Assembly (NCBI GenBank): GCA_963837465.1
Contig: CAWINB010000004.1
Span: 724,393-788,392 of the forward strand
Origin: Candidatus Doudnabacteria bacterium
GTDB taxonomy: Bacteria; Patescibacteriota; Doudnabacteria; UBA920
Direction of reading: 5' to 3'
DNA length: 64,000 nucleotides
The notes below the pieces were generated by a model that had not been told where the DNA came from, did not search any database, and was given only the letters and a program-made list of their open reading frames with translations. Both the position numbers and the translations under genes were made by a program. Below are positions 58,598-64,000 of this stretch, piece after piece (the first letter of the stretch is position 1; the number at the start of each line of letters is the position of its first letter).

Positions 58598-58757
58598 GAA
58601 CCTGTTTTAAAAATCTTTATGGCTGAAGCAGCGGAATTTCGGCATCCTGCCGCAAAAAATTATTCCTTTTAACTTAGGTTAAACATCAAAATTTATTTGC
58701 GCCAATCTGCCGGAAATTGCCGCGATTCCGCCCGCAAATTATTTTTAAAATAGGTTC
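58598..58757 (-). mobile_element. MITE-like element E4 (complete; 17-bp TIRs gaacctgttttaaaaat / atttttaaaataggttc)
   Basis: The TIRs are perfect apart from 1 mismatch. The internal sequence is nearly identical to E1 in reverse complement. It abuts the scpB stop codon. Confidence 0.75.
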
Positions 58758-59479
58758 TAGATATTATCTTCTTCTTCGTCGTCGCTATCCTCTTCTTCAT
58801 CATCAATATCATCTTCTGCCGTCTCTTCGGCCGCGACTTCTTTTGGTTCCCGGCTTTCGATGTTCGGTAAACCAACTTCTGTAACCGCTGAAGCTTGCTG
58901 ACTTTTTGTTTCCAAAGCTTGCTCCAAAACGCCGTTATTTTCTAATGCCGGGGTTTGGGGCAGTTTTATTTGTCCCACAAGTTTTTCAAATTCCGGGAGT
59001 TCGCTTACCGAAGCCATGCCCATGTGCATCAGAAATTCCGTGGTTGTTTGGTACAAAAAACTTCTGTTGTCCGCCGGATTGGGGGTTTTTTCAATCATCC
59101 CTCTTATGAGCAGGTTGCGCAGGCTGTATTGGGAATTTACGCCGCGGATGGCCTCGATTTCCGCCTTGGAAATAGGCTGGCGGTAGGCAATAATGGCAAG
59201 AACTTCCACTGTCGCGTCCGTGAGTTTCTCGCGCAGTTCCGCGTTCAGGAAATTTTTTACGCGGGTGGAATTTTTACCGCTGGTGGATAATTGGTATTCG
59301 CCGCCGTTTTCCAGCAAAATAACGCCGGAATTTTTTTTGGCTTCCGCTATGCTGCCCAGCGCGAGTGTTACGGACCCGCTGTCAACCTCCAAAATCTTTG
59401 CCAAGTCTTTGGCCTTTAAAGGGCGCGCCGAGACAAACAGCAGCGATTCCAGAATTGAAGCTAATTGTTCCTGTTCCAT
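58757..59479 (-). CDS. scpB: segregation and condensation protein B with an acidic C-terminal tail
   Basis: ILESLLFVSARPL...winged-helix pattern. It lies downstream of scpA. Confidence 0.8.
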   Translation of the reverse strand: MEQEQLASILESLLFVSARPLKAKDLAKILEVDSGSVTLALGSIAEAKKNSGVILLENGGEYQLSTSGKNSTRVKNFLNAELREKLTDATVEVLAIIAYRQPISKAEIEAIRGVNSQYSLRNLLIRGMIEKTPNPADNRSFLYQTTTEFLMHMGMASVSELPEFEKLVGQIKLPQTPALENNGVLEQALETKSQQASAVTEVGLPNIESREPKEVAAEETAEDDIDDEEEDSDDEEEDNI

Positions 59480-59700
59480 AAAATAAATATGCCGATAATT
59501 ATTAAAATTCCAGCGTAAACTAAAATGGCGGATTTGCGTCCCAGTATGGCCTTAAGGTCATTTTTTCCGGTGGACGCGGGTTTGACCCATTTGTTTTCAA
59601 CCAACCATCCCAAAGTAGGGGCATAAAATTTATCAAAGGCCAAACCTGAATAAATAAGCCCGGCCAGGATGAAAAGCGATCCAATGATGGTTTTGCTCAT
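59461..59700 (-). CDS. small hypothetical membrane protein
   Basis: Two TM helices. It overlaps scpB by 19 bp. Confidence 0.35.
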   Translation of the reverse strand: MSKTIIGSLFILAGLIYSGLAFDKFYAPTLGWLVENKWVKPASTGKNDLKAILGRKSAILVYAGILIIIGIFILWNRNN

Positions 59701-59747
59701 AAAATAAATTACACGGATATACCGATTGGATCAGGATTCGCGGATGT

Positions 59748-60509
59748 TTACGGATTCCTGTTTTCGCCGGCTGCCGGTATTCCAACGCTGACACTTTCCG
59801 CCGCATCAGATTGACGCTTCTTGATAATCACATCCGCGAACAGAGTTTCCTGGTCGGCGACGAATATTTTTTGCTTGATAAGCTCAAGCAGCGCCAAAAA
59901 AGTTATAATTATTTCACCTTTATTTTTGGCGGTCTTGAGCAAATCGCTGAGCCTGGTTTCTATTTTATCTCCCAGCGACTGCCGCAAGTGGTCAATTTTT
60001 TCCTGAATGGAAACGGCTTCCTTGAGTTTGGCTTTGGGCAGCGCGTCCAGTTCTTTTAGTCCGTTTAATACCGTTAAGATGCGGTTGTGGAGTAGTTTGG
60101 CGTTAACGGAAGGGTCGGGATAAAAACTGATTTTTTGCTCAAAGGTTACAGCGCGTAAAAAACCCTGTTTTCTTTTGTTGTCCAGAGTTTTCAGATATTT
60201 TCCGACTTCCTTAAACTGTTTATACAAAAGCAGTTTGGCTTCCAAATCAAAAGCCGCGTCTTCTTCCTCGGGCTCGATTTCCAAAGTCGGCAAAATGGCT
60301 TTGGATTTTATGACCAGGAGTTTGGCGGCTATGGATAAATAATCGGCCAGGGTAGTCGGGTCAACTTTTTCCAGCTGTTTTAAATACCGCAAAAACTGCT
60401 CCGTGACTTCCGCCAGCGCGATTTGCGTAATATCCAGCTGCCGCTGTTCTATCAGCGAAAGCAATAGGTCAAGCGGGCCTTCAAATTGTCGCACTTTCGC
60501 GTGAAGCAT
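59748..60509 (-). CDS. scpA: segregation and condensation protein A
   Basis: FEGPLDLLLSLIEQRQLDITQIALAEVTEQFL. Confidence 0.85.
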   Translation of the reverse strand: MLHAKVRQFEGPLDLLLSLIEQRQLDITQIALAEVTEQFLRYLKQLEKVDPTTLADYLSIAAKLLVIKSKAILPTLEIEPEEEDAAFDLEAKLLLYKQFKEVGKYLKTLDNKRKQGFLRAVTFEQKISFYPDPSVNAKLLHNRILTVLNGLKELDALPKAKLKEAVSIQEKIDHLRQSLGDKIETRLSDLLKTAKNKGEIIITFLALLELIKQKIFVADQETLFADVIIKKRQSDAAESVSVGIPAAGENRNP

Positions 60510-60512
60510 AAG

Positions 60513-61028
60513 TTATTTTTTTGCCCTGGAGAACGAGCCTTTTATCGGCCTGACAAGTTTTTCAAAATCCTTAAGGGCGATTTCCACGCTGTCGGTGTAA
60601 GTGCCGGCGCTGGCTATCATTTTTTTTGCCCGGGACATTGTTTTGTCCAGTAATGTTTGGATATTGTATTCGGAGCCAAAGGGGTGCAATAAGCCAATCC
60701 TGGTTTTTAAATGTTTGGTAATGTCTTTTTCATTTGCCATGCTGACTTTTTTTGCCTTTAAGGCTTTTTTGATTCCTGAAAAATCCACATATTTTCCCGC
60801 GGGCAAAACTATTAAAACAAAATCTTTATCCGCCTTAACCAAAACCACCTTGGCAATCCCGCCAAGCTTTTTTTTGGTCGTCGCGCCTACATCATAGGCC
60901 GTAAAAACCACTTTGTGGGCCAAAATTTTGTATTTGACTTTGGCGGCGTCGAGTAATTTAGTGACCTTGGTTTCGAGCTTTTTTACAATAATCTTTTTCG
61001 TTTTTTTTACCGTTTTTTTCTTTGGCAT
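60513..61028 (-). CDS. YbaK/ProX-like aminoacyl-tRNA deacylase domain protein with a Lys-rich N-terminus
   Basis: KILAHKVVFTAYDV...VVLVKADKDFVLIVLPAGKYVDF...HPFG pattern. It lies upstream of aspS. Confidence 0.55.
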   Translation of the reverse strand: MPKKKTVKKTKKIIVKKLETKVTKLLDAAKVKYKILAHKVVFTAYDVGATTKKKLGGIAKVVLVKADKDFVLIVLPAGKYVDFSGIKKALKAKKVSMANEKDITKHLKTRIGLLHPFGSEYNIQTLLDKTMSRAKKMIASAGTYTDSVEIALKDFEKLVRPIKGSFSRAKK

Positions 61029-61231
61029 GGGTATTTCAGTCGCCTAATTTTTTTAAAAGTTATTTTCAAGCTTTCCCCGTCCATAGTCGTAACCGTTTCC
61101 AGGTTTTTAATTTCCGCGAGCAAGTTTTGGTTGTCCGCTCCAAATAATTTATAGCGATGACCAATTTGTATGTCTCTGCCAAATATTGCCGGGAAATAAA
61201 TTTTATTTCACCTATTTTAATTTCTCCCAGT

Positions 61232-63073
61232 TCATTTTTCCTTAGTTTTTGGTATATCCAGCTTAATATGCAGCTCCTTAAGCTGTTTTTCTTCCACCGT
61301 TCCCGGCGCGCCCATCATTACGTCTTCGGCGCTGCCGTTTTTGGGGAAGGCGATGACTTCGCGGATGTTGGGTTCGTTTTCAAGCAGCATCAGCAAGCGG
61401 TCAATTCCCGGCGCGAAACCGCCGTGGGGCGGCGCGCCGTATTCAAAGGCGCGGATCATGCCGCCGAATTTTTCATCCACCACGTCTTTGCTGTAGCCGA
61501 CAATCTCAAAAGCCTTGTACATAATTTCCGGCTTGTAGTTGCGGATGGCGCCGCTGGAAAGTTCCAGGCCGTTGGCGATGATGTCGTATTGATAAGCCCG
61601 GACATCCAAAGGATCCTGGGTATTTAAGGCTTCCAAACCGCCCTGCGGCATGGAAAAAGGATTGTGCGTAAAATCCACGTTGCCGTCTTTATTCATTTCG
61701 TACATGGGAAAATCCGTAATCCAGGCCCAGGCCATAAGCCCCGGATCTTTTAAGCCAAAAACATCGCCAAGTTTGTCGCGCAGTTTGCCCAGAATTTTGT
61801 TGACAATGGCTTTTTGGTCCGCGCCAAAGAAAATAATATCACCTGCTTGAAGGTTTGTTTTCGCGAGGATGGCCGAGAGTTCCTTCTCTGAAAGGAACTT
61901 TAAAATGGGCGATTTGGGATTAAACACAGCTCCGCTTTCATCGGATTTTAACCAATGAGGCAAGTCATCCACAGGCGCGGTTTCAGCAGGCTCCGCTATA
62001 ATATAAGCTAGGCCGCCCGCGCCTTCCTTTTTAACCATTTCAGTTAGTTCATCTATTTGCGAACGGGTTAACCTGGCGCCGTCCCGGCAGCAAATGGCTT
62101 TTACGCAGCCCCCGTTTTTTATGGCGCCGCCGAAAACGGAAAATTTGGTATCCCGCAGGTCGTCGGTCAAATTTACCAGTTTCATTTCAAAACGCAAATC
62201 CGGGCGGTCGCTGCCGTAAAGTTCCATGGCCTCCAAAAACGGGATGCGCGGAAACGGTTTTTGCATGCATTTTTTTCCGGCAAAGTCTTCGGTCAGTTTA
62301 ATGAACAGGGGCTCCAGTTCGTTAAACACGGTTTCGTCTTTGTCGGCAAAGGCAATTTCCAAATCCAGTTGGTAGAATTCGCCGGGCGAGCGGTCGGCCC
62401 TTGGATCTTCATCGCGGAAACACGGGGCGATTTGGAAATATTTTGGCACGCCGGCGACCATCAGCAGCTGTTTAAATTGCTGGGGCGCCTGCGGCAACGC
62501 GTAAAATTTTCCCGGATGCAGGCGCGAAGGCACCAAAAAGTCCCGCGCGCCTTCAGGCGAGCTGCTGGTTAAAATCGGCGTGGTAATTTCTATAAAACCC
62601 TGTGCGTCCATCCAGTCGCGGATGAATTTAATCATCCTGTGGCGCTTGACAAGCATCTTTTGCATCTTGTCGCGACGCAGATCTAAAAATCTGTACTTGA
62701 GCCGCAACTCCTCGTTTATTGCCTGCTCTTCGCTGCGCGCGATTTGAAACGGCAGGGGCTTGGAAGAATTTAAAATACTGATGGAAGAGGTAAAAATTTC
62801 CACGCCGCCGGTCGGGATACCGGGGTTTTTTGTGGCTTCCGATCGCTCTATGATTTTGCCCGTTACTTTAAGCACAAACTCGTCGCGGCATTTTTCCGCG
62901 GCGGCGAAAGCTTCCTTGTTTTCCGGATGAATGGACAGCTGTACAATGCCGGTATGGTCCCTTAAATCGATAAAAATAACGCCTCCGTGGTCGCGCCGGG
63001 AATTAACCCAGCCCGAAACCGAGACGTCGCGCCCGATTTTTTCGGGTGTTTCTGAAGATAACGTTCGTTGCAT
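61232..63073 (-). CDS. aspS: aspartyl-tRNA synthetase
   Basis: Class II motifs [20 protein letters not shown] and [13 protein letters not shown]. The start is taken at [12 protein letters not shown]. Confidence 0.95.
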   Translation of the reverse strand: MQRTLSSETPEKIGRDVSVSGWVNSRRDHGGVIFIDLRDHTGIVQLSIHPENKEAFAAAEKCRDEFVLKVTGKIIERSEATKNPGIPTGGVEIFTSSISILNSSKPLPFQIARSEEQAINEELRLKYRFLDLRRDKMQKMLVKRHRMIKFIRDWMDAQGFIEITTPILTSSSPEGARDFLVPSRLHPGKFYALPQAPQQFKQLLMVAGVPKYFQIAPCFRDEDPRADRSPGEFYQLDLEIAFADKDETVFNELEPLFIKLTEDFAGKKCMQKPFPRIPFLEAMELYGSDRPDLRFEMKLVNLTDDLRDTKFSVFGGAIKNGGCVKAICCRDGARLTRSQIDELTEMVKKEGAGGLAYIIAEPAETAPVDDLPHWLKSDESGAVFNPKSPILKFLSEKELSAILAKTNLQAGDIIFFGADQKAIVNKILGKLRDKLGDVFGLKDPGLMAWAWITDFPMYEMNKDGNVDFTHNPFSMPQGGLEALNTQDPLDVRAYQYDIIANGLELSSGAIRNYKPEIMYKAFEIVGYSKDVVDEKFGGMIRAFEYGAPPHGGFAPGIDRLLMLLENEPNIREVIAFPKNGSAEDVMMGAPGTVEEKQLKELHIKLDIPKTKEK

Positions 63074-63201
63074 TTTGGCTTTCCCTCCGCGTCCCGCCCA
63101 ATCCCGCGACAAGCTTATTGGGCCGCAGAGTTTGCCCTCATTTGATAAATAGTCGGCAGGGCAGTTAATGTTTGCGGTTATTTTAACAAAAATCCGCGTT
63201 T

Positions 63202-63840
63202 TTGCCAAATCATTTTTTTTTGAATATAATGGCTAAGCTTGAAACAGTAACAGAAATAAAAATGCTTAAAAAGATAGTTTTAGACCTTGAGACCCAGAAA
63301 TCTTTCCAGGATGTGGGCGGCCGCGGAAAAAACCATTTATTAAAAGTCAGCGTGGCCGTGATTTACGATTATTCCACGGACAAATATTCGGCGTTTGAGG
63401 AACACGAGCTGCCTAAACTGGCGCCAATCTTACAGACCGCCGATGAGATTATCGGCTACAATATTAAAGATTTTGATTTTGAAGTCATTCAGCCGTATTT
63501 GAACTTTAACATCAACGAAGTGCCGTACCTTGACTTGCTCAGTGAAATTGAAAAAGTTTTGCGCCATCGTATAAAGCTGGAACTGGTGGCGCAGGGGACT
63601 TTGGGCGGCGGCAAGTCCGGCAGCGGCCTGGAGGCTATTTTGTATTACCAGAACGGCCGGATGGATTTGCTGAAAAAATACTGCCAGGACGACGTAAAAA
63701 TTACCAAACAAATTTACGATTACGCCCTAAAAAACGGCAAACTGCTGTATAAAGATTTTTTTAAAACCAAAGAAATAGCGCTTAAGATAAAAGAAGCCGT
63801 GCCGCGTATGGGTGTGCAGCATCAAGCGCCGCTTTTTTAA
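63202..63840 (+). CDS. DEDD-family 3'-5' exonuclease
   Basis: Exo I-like KIVLDLETQ and Exo III-like [13 protein letters not shown]. Alternative starts are at 63229 and 63262. Confidence 0.45.
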   Translation: MPNHFFLNIMAKLETVTEIKMLKKIVLDLETQKSFQDVGGRGKNHLLKVSVAVIYDYSTDKYSAFEEHELPKLAPILQTADEIIGYNIKDFDFEVIQPYLNFNINEVPYLDLLSEIEKVLRHRIKLELVAQGTLGGGKSGSGLEAILYYQNGRMDLLKKYCQDDVKITKQIYDYALKNGKLLYKDFFKTKEIALKIKEAVPRMGVQHQAPLF

Positions 63841-64000
63841 ATAGGTTCTGACAAGAATGACGAAAATTACGAAAATTAAAACTGCGGTTTATTTTTGCTC
63901 ATTTTTGCTGATTTTTTTATTTTTTGCCATTTTCCTTGCGCTTGTTTTTTCCGGCGGATTAATTTTGCCCCAAACTTTCCATATCGGATTTTTGGCCATC

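Noticed and set aside
1-64000. Alternative genetic code (UGA or UAG reassignment), as seen in some candidate-phylum bacteria
   Set aside because: Long conserved genes (dnaE 1207 aa, hsdR 1045 aa, aspS) are free of internal TGA. TAG is used as the stop of scpB and others. The single in-frame TAG in the Pif1 gene is therefore treated as a mutation, not recoding.
1-64000. CRISPR arrays, rRNA genes, tmRNA, RNase P RNA
   Set aside because: No regularly spaced direct repeats with unique spacers were seen. No rRNA-like conserved blocks were seen. The only GGTTCGAATCC/GGTTCAATTCC T-loops belong to the two tRNAs.

Overview
This 64-kb window reads as a standard-code bacterial genome: long ORFs contain no in-frame TGA, and TAG and TAA are used as stops. 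Gene content and style suggest a small-genome, probably uncultivated lineage (inference only).

Core genes sit at both ends of the window. They include thrS (partial), dnaE, a SEDS FtsW/RodA, rplY, prmC-prfA, rpmE, rpsB-tsf, an ECF sigma/anti-sigma pair with a MacAB-type ABC exporter, ahcY, a peptidase G1/GH1/GH5-like/ROK cluster, scpAB, a ybaK-like deacylase, aspS and a DEDD exonuclease.

A tRNA-Thr at 15770-15845 is immediately followed by a large serine recombinase gene whose last codons overlap the tRNA 3' end. A near-identical 147-bp inverted copy of that recombinase-tail/tRNA-end segment lies at 19374-19520, bracketing a 3.7-kb unit that carries an XRE regulator and PEP-utilising-enzyme fragments. 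Downstream (19.9-40.4 kb) is a defence and mobile-DNA island. It holds decayed fragments of MmeI/PglX-like, Abi_2, HsdS and HsdR genes, a Fic gene with a palindromic promoter-operator, and a Phd/RelE pair. It also holds a frameshifted GHKL/MORC-like ATPase and a complete type I R-M system whose operon has six unassigned ORFs and a Smr-YwbE-FAD monooxygenase-SAM methyltransferase tail wired into it. RadC and a Pif1-like helicase interrupted by an in-frame TAG complete the island.

A second tRNA (Tyr, 48938-49024) is followed by a second large serine recombinase that is frameshifted. Its 5' end is occupied by an IS200/IS605-type element with hairpin ends.

Several short repeat families are visible by eye:
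- a family of about 160-bp MITE-like elements with 17-bp terminal inverted repeats (four good copies, all just 3' of genes);
- GC-rich perfect palindromes that occur intergenically but also in-frame inside prmC and ahcY (Rickettsia-palindromic-element-like behaviour);
- two further intergenic palindrome/repeat families, each present twice.

Three genes look frameshifted (macB permease at a T6 run, the GHKL ATPase, and recombinase 2). This is either real decay or assembly or homopolymer error.
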